From: Octopus vulgaris
Taxonomy: Eukaryota
DNA: 64,000 bases
Assembly: GCA_951406725.2 (NCBI GenBank)
Contig: OX597830.1
Span: forward strand, 57,660,001-57,724,000
Reading direction: 5' to 3'
Shown: piece after piece, positions 28,116 through 41,899 of the stretch
Numbering within the stretch: the first letter of the stretch is position 1
How the letters are laid out: every line of letters starts with the position of its first letter
Notes under the pieces: generated by a model
What the model was told of the DNA's origin: nothing
What the model saw: the letters and a program-made list of their open reading frames with translations, nothing else
Database searches by the model: none
Made by a program: the position numbers and the translations under genes

Positions 28116-28692
28116 TTATAGCATCACTTTGTAGGTTGATTTTAAAGGTTGAAATAGAAGAGACCAAACCAATTTGGATGCATAAAGGTTAGTAGTTTAC
28201 TGATCATGGTTCAAATCCTGATGAGGTCATCTCAACATTTCATTGATCTCACCCCTTAATGTCATGTCTTATTCTTTTATTCAGGGAAATTTCATTGTAG
28301 CACCATCATCATTATCATCATCATCATCTCCCTTTTCATTTTGTTTTTTTTAGATGTTTGAGTGTGCTTAATGATATGTTGTCCTTTTCCTAAACCAGCT
28401 TAACTAATTGAGGTCCCTAATTTTCTTTTTAGGGTCTAATGTTCTTCCCCCCCCCCCTATCATGCATTCATTTTAAGAAAGACAATATACTAGAGTTACA
28501 TCAGTCATCAAAAGGACATATATTTAATTAATAAGTAGAGAGGGCACATTACCAACGAGTCGGTATTTATAGACTTTGTCTATCAACTGTAACAAAGTGG
28601 GAAGTGAAAAAACTTCCTAGGTCTGCCTCTGCTAAGTGCACTTTCTACTACAGCTGCTGCTGCTGCTACTGCAGCTGATGCCAATGATCATG

Positions 28693-29003
28693 ATGGTGGT
28701 GGTGTTAGTGGTGGTGGTGGTGGTGGTGGTGGTGTTAGTGGTGGTGGTGGTGGTGGTGGTGGTGGTGTTAGTGGTGGTGGTGGTGGTGGTGGTGGTGGTG
28801 GTGGTGGTGGTGGTGGTAGTGTGGTGGTGGTGGTGGTGGTGGTGGTGGTGGTGGTGGTGGTGGTGGTGGTGGTGGTGGTGGTAGTGGTGGTGGTGGTGGT
28901 GGTGGTGGTGGTGGTGTTAGTGGTGGTGGTGGTGGTGGTGGTGGTGGTGGTGGTGGTGGTGGTGGTGGTGGTGGTGTTAGTGGTGGTGGTGGTGGTGGTG
29001 GTG
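28693..29003. repeat. (GGT)n microsatellite with GTTA interruptions
   Basis: Direct reading. Confidence 0.95.
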
Positions 29004-29444
29004 TGACTGTTACTGCTGCTACTGCCTTATCTCCTCTTACTCTTGCTTCTGCTTTTGCTTCCACTCACCATCCTCCTCATACACTACTACTACTACTACT
29101 GCTGCTACTACTTCTACTATTAATACCACCACCACCACCGCTGCTGCTTCTCCTGTGGCTGCTAGTGTTACTATCTGACTGCAGCTTTTCAACCATTTAT
29201 ATATATATAGTCCATTCTGTTAATACAAGTCCATATCTGTACAGTCATCTCTGTTATGTACTATGACCAATACCTCTTCTACGACTTACTAATCACTTGC
29301 TTCCTCAAGCCTGAATTAGATTCATTCCAACTTAACATTATGGCTAGATAAACACAATCATTTTCTTTACCACACAATTTTTTTCTTGTTAGCGTTTTTC
29401 CTGATACTCCATGCATTAAAAATGTTGACAATGACTTACCTTTT

Positions 29445-29481
<37 letters not shown>

Positions 29482-29848
29482 CATCTAAGATCAATTTATT
29501 CTTTGAACATGTCTGCATTTTCCTGTGCAAACCAATATACATTTTATATATTTACTTAGTGATTCTCTCACCTCTCCTTTGATGACTATAAAGTCTTTCT
29601 TAACTGAGGAGGTCTAATGAGACCAAACATGCATGGAGTTATCTCCCATACTTTCTGAAAGTATCAAAATAATATTGCTTAGCCGTAGTTCACCCATTGC
29701 TACATTCTGAGTACACACTATGTACAAAACCATATATATAGCACCCTATGCATAATACCAACATGAACTTCCAACTTGTTGTCTCTTGAGGTCTCTGGGT
29801 GAGACTTGGAGCCAACTTGTACAAATGTAAAGCAAAATTCAAACATAA

Positions 29849-29904
<56 letters not shown>

Positions 29905-29909
29905 TCCTT

Positions 29910-30100
29910 ACTTCTAAAGGCACAAGGCCTGAAATTTTGATGGGAGGAGAATAATCAATTACATCAACCCCAGTGTTTCACTGGTACTTAATTTATCAAT
30001 CCTAAACAGATGAAAGGCAAAGTCGACCTCAGCAGAATTTGAACTCAGAATGTAGCAATGGGTGAAATACTGCTAAGCATTTCACCCAGTGTGCAAACAA
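29910..30100 (-). mobile_element. tRNA-derived SINE family B (Meta-domain-like, tentative)
   Basis: ctggtacttaatttatc...gatgaaaggcaaagtcgacctc...atttgaactcagaa; followed on minus by (ATT)n. Confidence 0.75.
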
Positions 30101-31150
30101 TCCTCATGTTTTATATTAGACCACATTGAGAATAATTCCAGTGGCATGCTATTAATGAATAAACCCTAATCTTTACTTTGCTAACAGAAACCAATCCTTG
30201 AACCTATGACTTAGGATTTTATTCTCTTTTAAACTTTCTTCTCTTCCAAGAATGCCATCAACACTTTCTATGGAAATCTCCACACAGTTAGAAATAGTAG
30301 AAAAACATAGCTAAATCTCCCTCGGCCCATACACTGACATCCAAACAAGGACAATGTTGTGCTAAATATGAAATAAAGCAAGTTAATCATGGCTGGAATG
30401 CTAGAAAACGTTGAACAATTAGGGCTTAGCTAGAGCTTGGCAAAAACAACTTCTTAAATGAAGAGGGTTGCTTTTACATCATCATTACCAGTAAGGCACT
30501 AACAGAGACTGACTCTCCCCAGACACAACAAAATATGCTTCAACACACGAACTCATATAAAGAATCTTGCAAACCAAGTCCAAAAACGCAATATGTATGT
30601 ATGTTTATATATATATATATATATATATACTACTTGTCCTGTTTTCTTTTTTCCTCTTATTGTTTGCGTATTTAACTCATTTGTTTTTGTATTTCATGTT
30701 GTTTATACAGTTGGTGACATCCTGTACCCATATATGATTATATATATATATAAAGTTAATCTAAACAAGAAAGCACAAAAAAAAACACAACAACGCGAGG
30801 ACGTGGAACAAATATAGTATTATTGGACGCTCAGGAAAGAAGGAAAGATCCAGAGAAGGGAAGACAGAGGAAAAAAAATCGCCAACGATATATATATGCA
30901 TACACCCCATACATACACACATATCCCTCCTATGTGAGACAGAAGCACTTTCACACACACACAAATACACACAATGGACTTTAATTTCCACCCACCAAAT
31001 TAACTCAGAAGGCTTTGGTCAGCCCAAGACTGTAGTAGGAAACAATTGCCTTTGATGTCATAGAGTGCAATTGAACCCAAAACCCTGTAGTTACATAGCA
31101 AACTTCTTACCCATACACCCATGCCTTCCCCAATTATATATATATATACA

Positions 31151-31372
31151 CATGAGGGATGCCCAAAACTTCCTGGCCTTAAGTGTATCATGAAAGGCCT
31201 GGTTGGAGGCCCAACCATCTGAGTTCCTTTACAGAGTTTAGAGTGAACTGAAAGACCACTGCAATGAGTGTGTGAATCTGAGAGGAGGGGAATATGTTGA
31301 ATCAAGTCATGATTAACTGATCCTCCTGTATTTTCTTTAACCCAAAGCCAGGAAATGTTCAGCACCCCCTTG
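31151..31372. mobile_element. Non-autonomous mariner-like element
   Basis: Imperfect TIRs catgagggatgcccaaaacttcctggc and gccaggaaatgttcagcacccccttg, followed by TA. Confidence 0.7.
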
Positions 31373-31456
31373 TATGTGTAAGTGTGTGTACATATGATAC
31401 ATACATACATACATATATATGTATGTATACACACACACACATATATATACACATAC

Positions 31457-31507
<51 letters not shown>

Positions 31508-31864
31508 TATACACAATATTTTTATTGGAATATATATCCGTTGCTTCACTGTTACCAATTCCTGCATGGAAAGTGTCAAGAATGTAGAATATTGACTTAT
31601 AAATCTACATTTTGTTTGCTGAAACACCCGTTTATTCAGGTGTGAAATATAAAGAAACAAGCTGTTGAAATTCTCTGAGCTGAAGGTCAATTTGTTTATC
31701 TTCTGCTTGACCTTTTTGGAGACCACAACTGCAGCCAGCACTGGTTGTGACCATAACTACAACTACTCCACATGTAAATACTGCTGTCATCAAGTGCTCA
31801 CTTATTTACAAAACTTGTAAGGCCATTATATAAGACTATGAATTGACTGGAAATAACGTGGTCT

Positions 31865-32215
31865 TTGAATGAACTGACTGACACTCTGTCAGTTATGATG
31901 GTCTGTTGGTTCCAGTCGATCCAATCAATGGAACAGCCAGCTCGTGAAATTCACATGCAAGTGGCTGAGCACTCCACAGACACATGTACCCATGTACCCT
32001 TAATGTAATTCTCAGGGAGATTCAGCTGGACACAGAATGCGACAAAGATGGCCCCCTTTGTATTACTGGTACAACTCATTTCTGCTAGGTGAGTGGACTG
32101 GAGCACTGAGAACTAAAGTGTCTTGCTCAAGGACACAATGCAGTGCCAGGAATGGAACTCATGACCTTACGATCATGAGCCAAATACCCTAACCACTAAG
32201 CCAAATGCGTTCACA
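31865..32215 (-). mobile_element. tRNA-derived SINE family D, decayed
   Basis: Shares gtggctgagcactccacagacac and a reverse tRNA head with 32732-33114 and 61948-62266. Confidence 0.75.
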
Positions 32216-32731
32216 TTGTCTTTGAATTAACCCTTAACAAATTTCAACCCCTGGCAGTATAACGACAAATTCTCAAGCTAACTCCTGTTAACAAGAAAGT
32301 CACCTCGGAGCACAATAACTGAGAAATACTATAGCTGCTACATTAATGACCACATCCAATCATGTCTTGTTTTGCAGGCATAACTATGTGGCTGGCAAAT
32401 TTGCTTCACAGCCATGTGGTTCTCTGTTCAAATCCCATCACAAGGCACTTTGTGCAAACATCTTCTACCACATACTTGAGCTGATCACTGCCTTATAAAC
32501 AGAATTCTGGTTAACTGAAACTGTGCAGAAGCTGTCATATAGATATATCATCATCGTTATCATCATTGCCATCATCATCACCACCACCATTACCCTCTTT
32601 GGCTTTAAGTTCATTTATAACAAGCAGCAATAGCATGCCAATTGTTAAATCTGGGATACACATAGCATGTATATACATACATACATGCATGCATGCATAC
32701 ATACATACATACATATATACATGGGATGGGA

Positions 32732-33114
32732 TGGAAGCACTCCGTCGGTTACGACGACGAGGGTTCCGGTTGATCTGAATCAACGGAACAGCCTGCTCAT
32801 GAAATTAACGTGTAAGTGGCTGAGCACTCCACAGACACGTGTACCCTTAACGTAGTTCTCGGGGATATTCAGCATGACACAGAGAGTGACAAGGCCGGCC
32901 CTTTGAAATACAGGTACAACAGAAACAGGAAGAAAGAGTGAGAGAAAGTTGTGGTGAAAGAGTACAGCAGGGATCACCACCATCCCCTGCTGGAGCCTCG
33001 TGGAGCTTTAGGTGTTTTCGCTCAATAAACACTCACAACGCCCGGTCTGGGAATCGAAACCGCGATCGTATGACCACGAGTCCGCTGCCCTAACCACTGG
33101 GCCATTGCGCCTCC
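32732..33114 (-). mobile_element. tRNA-derived SINE family D, young copy
   Basis: Minus head ggcgcaatggcccagtggttagggcagcggac...ggtttcgattccc with A and B boxes; CpGs retained. Confidence 0.85.
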
Positions 33115-33271
33115 ATATATACATACATACATGCATACATACATACATACATACATACACACATATATACATACATAATACATACACACATAATACATAC
33201 ATAATACATACATACATACATACATACATACATACATACATAATACATACATACATACATGCACACACACA

Positions 33272-33600
33272 CACAGGGTGCAATGAATAAACTGTTGTCT
33301 AAATTACACAAAAATGTAATTAACACTGACATCACATTTTAACAGATATATTTACCAAAATTGCATAAAAATATCTTGAAATACTAAAGAGTAAATTTAT
33401 TCGATAAACTCGCCATAGACTTCAACCATGGCCTCCAGATGACTTTGGAATCTCTTGCAACTCTCCTTGTTTATGTTGGTGAATGCTGCCATAATTCTTG
33501 TCTTCAGTTCATCTTTGATGTTACAAGGAGTTTTGTTGATCTCTCACTCAACTGTACCCCACACAGGGGGTTCCAGTCTGAGGAGTTAAATAACCAGATG
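33272..33600 (-). mobile_element. Tc1/mariner (maT-like) transposase C-terminus and terminus
   Basis: Minus translation IWLFNSSDWNP..VWGTVE..NIKDELKTRIMAAF..RFQSHLEAMVEVYGEFIE*; terminus cagggtg. A probable 5' end of the same type lies at 27190-27360. Confidence 0.7.
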
Positions 33601-33929
33601 TAAAAATTTTTCTGGAATAAGTAAATCAGTAACACAAATTCATCATGAAAAAGTACATCAATATACCAAATTTGAAAAACACACACACAGGGAGAAGAGT
33701 CACAATATTAGATGTTCTGGGAAGGAAGCACTAGGCAAAAACGTAGACATGGTGGTTAGCATAGGGTCCATGGGATTGAATGCAACAAAGGAGAGGTGGA
33801 GAAACAAATGGCTAGGGTACATGAGTGATAGAGATGAAGACCAACAAAGGTCTGAGGAAGAGAGGAAAAGAGAGAGAGAGAGAGAGGAGACAATACAGCT
33901 GTAGGTGAAGGGTTGGAGTATGTCCATTA

Positions 33930-34330
33930 ATGATTGAATGCCAATTAAATGACTCTTCTCAAGGTGTGGTCCAAGCTGTTTATGTGTGTAGCATCAATGA
34001 CATGTCTGATGGCGGAGCGTTACATCATTGTAGACTTCACTTGAACTTTGTAGAACATCACTAGCTGTTAAGAACTAAAATATTTTCTGACCCCGAAGTG
34101 AAGGACCAGTCTTTGGGACATGGTCCTAGTTAAGCTGGACAGATCTTCAATGATGATGAGGCACTGCATTCAGAGGGATCAACATAGCTTTAGCTGAGTG
34201 TTGCTTGTGTTTAGTAAGGGTAGGATGTAGCAGATTGAGGTAATATTACTTCGAGACATGGCCGTGTTTCAATCTGTGTCACTTCAGCCAAAGTTGACCC
34301 CAGATTAATGTTTTGATCTTCAATATTCTG
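33930..34330 (-). mobile_element. CR1/Jockey-like LINE fragment
   Basis: Minus translation QLVMFYKVQVKSTM...THINSLDHTLRRV resembles LYK..VRP.MEY...LD..Q.RA. Confidence 0.45.
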
Positions 34331-34333
34331 TAG

Positions 34334-34560
34334 ATGGTGAGCTGGCAGAATCATTAGCACACCGGGTGAAATGCTTAGCAGTATTTTGTCTGCTGCTATG
34401 TTCTGAGTTCAAATTCCGCTGAGGTCGACTTTGCCTTTCATCCTTTCGGGGTCAATTAAATAAGTACCAGTTATGTACTGGAGTCAATGTAACTGACTTA
34501 ATCCCTTTGTCCTTGTTTGTCCCCTCTATGTTTAGCCCCTTGTAGGCAATAAATAAATAA
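34334..34560 (+). mobile_element. SINE family B
   Basis: gagctggcagaatcattagca, B box gagttcaaattcc, gcctttcatcctttcggggtc. Confidence 0.85.
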
Positions 34561-35115
34561 ATATTCTGTGTATACATGAAATACAACAACAGTTAACATA
34601 TTCATGTTCAAATATGCCCAGAACATATTAAGAATGGATTTGTAAGTCATTGTTTTCTTATTAATTTCTGAATTTCTAACCTCATGATCATTATTTTAAA
34701 ATGAGTCGCAAATAAACTAAAGCATGCGGGGAGGATTTGAGGAGGATTTGTTGCAAACTAAAATTCAGAAGGGCAGAACTTAAGATAGTTAATGAGAAGC
34801 ACTGATCCTCACAAGTGTGCAGGGCAGTTAGTTGTTCTGAACTGCAACTCCCAGGACCACATGACCCCCTCAAGCATCCTTCCAGCAGCCACCCCCCTCG
34901 ATGGTCTTCCTTCAGCAGATATGATAAGCATTTTTTTTTACTTGACTTGTGTTTTACTTTTGGATCTGGCTTTGCTATCGAAAAGGTGTCGACTGTTCAT
35001 TACAAGGGAGCCATGGGGAGATGGACGTCCAAAGTGGATGAAAGTGCTGAGAATTGGTAGCGGAAGATGCACACATTGAAGACAGATGAGAGAAGACATG
35101 GGAAGAAACTGTGGA

Positions 35116-35560
35116 AAGACTTCCTTCTTTCCTCTCCCCATTTCTTTTTTGTTTTGTTTTTGCCAAAAAAACTCCGTTTTCGGATACAGACATTCCAGAA
35201 AATTGCCAAAAATCAGCAATTTGAAATTTCGCTCCCCTTTCCCCACCCACCCCAATTTTTTCCTTTTTGACTTTTTTTCCCCTAAGCCTAACCCTAAAAC
35301 CTTAACCTAACCCTAAAATCCTAACCTTAACCTTAACTACAAAAATTATCGGAAATGTTTTTCAGAATCATAATCTCTGTATTTTTCCGCATATTTTGGG
35401 AAAAAAATTTTTGAAAAAAAAAAAAAAAATGAAGAAATTAGGTGTGGAAGTAATTTCAAAATGCCGATTTTTGCCAACTTTTTGCAGATTCGTATTCTCC
35501 GTAGCCGGGGTTTGTGGTGAAAAAAATGGGGTGTTTTTGGAGGGGTACAAAAGGAAGTCT
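35116..35560. mobile_element. MITE/foldback element with long imperfect TIRs and internal telomere-like repeats
   Basis: aagacttcct (35116) versus aggaagtctt (35560); aaaatcagcaatttgaaatt versus aatttcaaaatgccgatttt; degenerate (CCCTAA)n at 35280-35337. Confidence 0.7.
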
Positions 35561-36174
35561 TGCCGAAACTGTTTAGTATGAATAAGCAGCAGAAGAGGTG
35601 CACAACTCCATTGTAAAGTTTTACAAGAATTATGAGCAAAGAAAAATATATGAAACTATTGTTGTTGTGAGTGTTGATGATGTTTCGCTGCAGGTCGAGC
35701 CTTATTGAGCAAAATCTCGTTCTAATCACACCGGATCATTTTAGAAAAGCAATACACAAACTAAATAATATAGTACTAGGTACGCTATGTCTGAAAAAAT
35801 AACGAGATGGTCACAGCTGGAGTGCCTGTCACCATAGATCTGCTTAATCAGCGTTCACTTGAGATTTAACAACCACAACATACAGGACAGTTTTCGCCTC
35901 GGATGCGGTAAGGTGGGGAATAGAGACTCGTCTTTCGCTGCCTCCAGAAACATTTAAGTGCGTCACCTTAACGGTGACTGGCACAGGTAAACAACACCTA
36001 TTTCATGGCTAACCTTGAAAAGACAATGGAGATAAGTTAACGACCGAACTTCCTTCGTAAAACTCCAGAAAAAATCTTTGTTACCTTGAGAAATCAAATA
36101 TTTTGATTTACATAACGTACGCAGGTGTGTGCTTGTGAAAGTAACTAAACATGAGAATACAGACATAACATACA

Positions 36175-36193
36175 CATAGACAGACAGACAGAC

Positions 36194-36285
<92 letters not shown>

Positions 36286-36290
36286 GTAGG

Positions 36291-36345
<55 letters not shown>

Positions 36346-36378
36346 GTAGATAGATAGATAGGTAGGTAGATAGATAGG

Positions 36379-36413
<35 letters not shown>

Positions 36414-36510
36414 GTAGGTAGATATATAGATATATAGATAGATAGGTAGGTAGATAGATAGGTAGATAGATAGATAGATAGGTAGATAGATAGATAGGTA
36501 GATAGATAGG

Positions 36511-36593
<83 letters not shown>

Positions 36594-36636
36594 GTAGATA
36601 GATAGGTAGGTAGATAGATTGATTGATTGATTAACT

Positions 36637-36666
<30 letters not shown>
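36175..36666. repeat. (AGAT/AGGT)n microsatellite
   Basis: Direct reading. Confidence 0.95.
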
Positions 36667-36667
<1 letters not shown>

Positions 36668-37804
36668 CGCTAATTTCTTTTTTAGCGACGAAGAATAAAG
36701 TTTTATGAGCAAAAGTAAAGTTTAAAGAATAGTGAAAGTCAGGTAGGAAACGAAAGCAGATTCACTTCTCATCGTTCTCTTCTCACCTACACCCTTCCTG
36801 TGTGCGAGTACCTGTGTGTGTGTTTGTGTTAGTGTGTATGAGAGTGAGAGAAAGACAGAATAATATCTCAGGCGGTTTTAACCAGATTAAGTTTATGTGA
36901 GAAATTATAATCAACTGCGACAGTGGATGGGTGTGGTGATGGTGGCGGCGGTGGTGGTGGTGATGGTGGCGGCGGTGGTGGTGGTGATGGCGGCGGCGGC
37001 AGTCGGTGAAGTGAGTAAGCAAAGAAAAACACAAGTCGAACGAGTCAGCGGTGGCGGAGCCTGTACGTGGTTACTCGACTTGCTAGAAATAGTTGATAAA
37101 TACTTCAGATCACACCTGTCATTTTTTAAAAAAAAAAAAAAAGAAAAGAAAGGTACATATTGGATAATGCAGTTCTAGATACACTTAGCTTGGTGGGGAA
37201 AAAGATGAGAAACTAATAGCTTGCGTGTCTTTGATCACGGAAGCTGACCTGCTGTGAATGAACTAAGATGCAAGGAAACCGTGATGGTCTAATCATGGTA
37301 ACTAAACTGTGAATTAAACTTATCCAAATCGGTTTAAATGTGTTGAAATTACTGTTTGTTTCAAGGCAGAATCTTTCGCCAGAGAAGACCTGAGGCTCGT
37401 TTTTATTCCAACAAAGAGCCTTGTATGATGAGGTTAGAATTCTCAAACTTATTCAATTTTGTGAATGAGGCACAAGATAGACGACGACGATGATGATGAT
37501 GATGATAGTGATGATGACGATGATGATGTCAATGGTGATGGTGATGATGACGATGGTAGTGGTGATGGTGGATGGTGATTTTGTAACAGTGGATCAATGC
37601 CACACATTTGAAGAAGAGAGGAGCAGATTAGAAATGCGATCTAAAAGAAAATAATTCTGGCGTAGTCAAACTACGACAAAACATAAAAAAAGAGAAATAT
37701 TTCTAGTATAAGCGACAATGATTACAATGACAGAAAGAGTTGTGGATCAGAGTTGGACTGGAAAAGACGAGGAATACATATTCACACACACACATATACT
37801 CATA

Positions 37805-38037
37805 TTTTCTTTACTACCCACAAGGGGCTAAACACAGAGAGGGGACAAACAAGGACAGACAAACGGATTAAGTCGATTATATCGAGCCCAGTGCGTAACT
37901 GGTACTTAATTTATCGACCCCGAAAGGATGAAAGGCAAAGTCGACCTCGGCGGAATTTGAACTCAGAACATAACGGCAGACGAAATACGGCTACGCATTT
38001 CGCCCGGCGTGCTAACCACTCTGCCAGCTCGCCGCCT
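37805..38037 (-). mobile_element. SINE family B, young CpG-intact copy
   Basis: Reverse complement of 34334-34560; near-identical to 39560-39794. Confidence 0.9.
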
Positions 38038-39399
38038 TTACACACATATACTCATGCACGCATATACACAAACACAATTACACACACACACACGCACACA
38101 TGCACACACAACGGCAACGATGACGAAAAAGGAAGAAGAGGAAAAAGAAACAAAGAAATGTGGGAAGAAACTGTAGACGCAGCATGTGTTGTGAGATGTA
38201 TATATATATAGAGAGGGGGATAGAGAGAGAGGGAGAGAGAGAGGGAGAGAGAGAGAGAGAGAGAGTGTGTGTGTGTGTGTGTGTGTGTTTGCTCGCTTCT
38301 CGACGAGGCGAGGGTTTCCCCTTTGACTTCTCTCTGACAAAACGTCAACTGACGACGTTTTCACTAAATAAAGAAAAACTGGAGTGAGAGGGAAAGTGAG
38401 CAAATCATCTTTTTTCACTTGAACCATTTTCTGCTTTCTTTCCTCCTTTCCCCACCACCACTTTACTACTATTGCTGTTACGACTACTATTACTATTGCT
38501 ACCACCACCACCACCACCACCAGTATTATTGCTACTGCTGTTACTACTATTATTACTACTTGTATCCCCGTCATTTCTCTTATTTCCCCTTTTTCGTCTT
38601 TGTCATCTGTTCTCAGTATTTTAAGACTCACAAGCCCGCTCCCCGGGACACACGCAGACACATTTTATGTTTTATACGTGCATATATGTGTGTGTGTGTG
38701 TGTGTGTGCGTATCAATACATTTATGTATATACACATACACGTATCTCTCCCAGTATCTATACGTGTGTGTGTGTGTGTGTGAGATAGATTTGTGAGCGG
38801 GTTTGAGAGAGATAAAATATGTGAATGAGATTTACAAGTAGGTTACAACTACAAACGAGTAGCCGATTGTTGTAGTTTTACTTTTGTAGTCCCCATTCTT
38901 TGTCTGATGGAAGGGAAAGACGGAGACAAAGAATGTGTGTGTGTGTGTACGAGATAAAAGAAGCGAGAGAGGAAAAAGTTTCTCAAAGGCTGAGATAGAT
39001 ACAGAGTGAAATATTGTGAGACAGGAGAGAGAAGGTAAATAAATGTGTAAGATTAAACCTTGGGACAAAATCCAATCGAGCAGGAACGGTTAACGAGTGC
39101 GTACCTAACAGTAAGGGGATATTTATGAGTATGCTTAGAGCTGAGTGTGTGAGTGTGGGTGTAGGTGTATCTATTTAAGTATGCGCGTGTGTGTGTGTGT
39201 GCGTGTGCACATACACCTATGTGTTCTAGGAATGAAGAATAAGAAAGCAGAAGGATCAAATCAGATGTGTGTGTGTGCACACACACCTATAAAAAATGTG
39301 CGGGACATGTATATATTCTTATACATGTATGTTGGTGATCACATATATACACATGCGCCTGTTCAGAACAACTGAAGCAAATCTATTCTTAGAACCGTT

Positions 39400-39794
39400 T
39401 CTACTCTAGATACAAGGCTTGAAATTGTGAGGAGGAGACAAGTTGATTACATCTACCCCAGTGTCTCACTGGTACTTCATTTATCGACCCCCGAAAGGAT
39501 GAAAAGCAAAGTCGACTTCGATGGAATTTGAACTCAGAACGTAGCGACGGGCAAAATACTTATTTCTTTACTACCCACAAGGGGCTAAACGTAGAGGGGA
39601 CAAACAAGGACAGACAAACGGATTAAGTCGATTATATCGAGCCCAGTGCGTAACTGGTACTTAATTTATCGACCCCCGAAAGGATGAAAGGCAAAGTCGA
39701 CCTCGGCGGAATTTGAACACAAAACGTAGCTGCAGACGAAATACCGCTAGGAATTTCGCCCGGCGTGCTAACCACTCTGCCAGCTCGCCGCCTT
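39400..39794 (-). mobile_element. Nested/tandem SINE family B copies
   Basis: Partial copy 39400-39560 abutting a full copy 39560-39794. Confidence 0.85.
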
Positions 39795-39901
39795 AATCTA
39801 TTCTTATAATGGATGGATGGATGGATGGATGGATGGATGAACGGATGGACGGGTGGACGGACGGACGGATAGATAGATATGTATCTCTCTCTCTCTCTCT
39901 C

Positions 39902-39951
<50 letters not shown>

Positions 39952-41534
39952 GCACACACACACACTCAGACATCTGACGCGTGCGTTTGGGTGTGATTTT
40001 GAATGTGTTAGAGTTTTTGTCGGTTGATGGGGATAAATATCGGCTGGCTTAAAATATGTTTGCTTCTACTCCTTTGTCAACACTCATTCTCCACTTAGAT
40101 CAAACATCTGCTGCAGTACCAAGGTTGGCACAAAACAGTTCTGGCCTCTTTCACTCCTTTCCCCTTACTCACAGACGACGCCCTGAAACACGCGCGCAAT
40201 GTAGACTGGATGAATGACAAGCTCCGTACACACACACACACACACACGTGTATATGCTTGTGCATATACATGTATAAATGTATGTGTATGTGTGTGTTTA
40301 TACACGCACACACACACACACACACGGGGAGAAAGTGAGATCGATATTAAGGACAAAATACTGGGGGGGGGGGGGAATGATAGAAGTCGAACAACGGATC
40401 AACAACCAAAATATTTTTTTCTTCACATTGAAGCAAGACCTCAGAATTTGTAATTTGTCTGTTTTAACGAACTTGGTGAAGTCCCCATTTCAACAACCCT
40501 GGAGAAGTGAAAAATAAAGTCGATATCGGCGATATTTTGAACTTACAACGCAGAAAAGAGAAGTTAAATTATGTGACATTTTGTTTTATTGGAAGTTGGG
40601 TCGATAATTGAAAACCAAGCATGGTACTGGATCGACATGGACTGTGTATTCCTTCTACGAATTGAAATCCTTTTTCAAGGCGCCAAATTTGCAGAATCGT
40701 CAGAACAAAGGATAGAAGGGTTTGAAGTATTGTTGTAACGAGATTAACTTTTCCTTTCATCCTTTCAGAGTCGATAAATAAAGTACCATTCCAATACTGG
40801 AGTTGGTTCTTCTATTTCTCACAATCGTCTAAGATAAGGATCATGGGAGACTACTCAACATCCCTTTGTCTGGGAATGGGGAAGAATTGAAAGAGATGCC
40901 AACAACCCTCTTTTCATAGTTAAATTGCTGGTGGCATGTGAAAGCACTCATTACACTCCCAGAGTGGTTGGTGTTCGGAAGGACATCCAACCATAGAAAA
41001 CCATGCCAGATTGGACTGGAGTCTGAGGCAGCATTCCAGCTTACCAGCCCCAGTCAAACTAGCCACAAACACACTGATATTCATCTTTACGTTCAGAGTT
41101 CAAATTCTGCTGAGATTGAGTCTGCCTTTCATCCTTCCAGGATCAATAAAATAAGTACCAGTGGAGTACTGGGGCCAATGTAATCGAATAGCCACTGCTC
41201 TACTAAACTTGCTGGCCTTGTGTCAAAATCTGAAACCAATATGGGTAAATTAATAGAACGGAATTAACTTTAGAAATATTCTAGTCTACTCTAGACACAA
41301 GGTCTGAAATTTTGGGGGAGGGGGCCAGTCAGTAGCTCGACCCTAGTATGCAACTGGTACTTAATTTATCGACCCCAAAAGGATGAAAGGCAAAGTCAAC
41401 CTCAGCAGAATTTGAACTCAGAATGTAAAGACAGACAAAGTACCGCTAAGCATTTCGCCCGACATGTTTAATGTTTCTGCCAGCTCGCCACCTTTAACAT
41501 TAGAAATATTATTAGAGATTAGAACAATAAGCTT

Positions 41535-41850
41535 AGAACATGGCAGTGAAACATGGGCTGTGATAGCCAAAGACATGTATAGGCTTGAAAGAAATGAAGC
41601 CAGTATGCTTTGCTGGATGTGCAATGTCAAGTGTGCATGTTTGACAGAGTGTAAGCATCTTGAGAGAAAACTTAAGCATAAGAGGCATCAGATGTGGTGT
41701 GCAAGAGAGACGACTGCACTGGTATGGTCATGTGATGCATATGGACGAAGACAGCCATGTAAAGAAGTGCCGATCTCTAACTGTGGTGGAAACCTGTGTT
41801 AGAACAGACCCAAGAAAACATGGGATGAGGTGATGAGGCATGCTGTTGTC
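41535..41850 (+). mobile_element. RTE LINE C-terminal fragment
   Basis: HGSETWAV..LERNEASMLCWMCNV..RPKKTWDEV. Confidence 0.85.
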
Positions 41851-41899
41851 ACATAACTAGCACTTGTGCTGGTGGCATGTAAAGGACACCTTTCAAGTG

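Noticed and set aside
33040-33114. Functional tRNA genes (also 44494-44565, 19944-20010)
   Set aside because: A/B boxes are present but the cloverleaf is incomplete and each continues into a SINE body.
35280-35337. True telomere or fusion site
   Set aside because: Short, degenerate, single orientation and enclosed in an inverted-repeat element.
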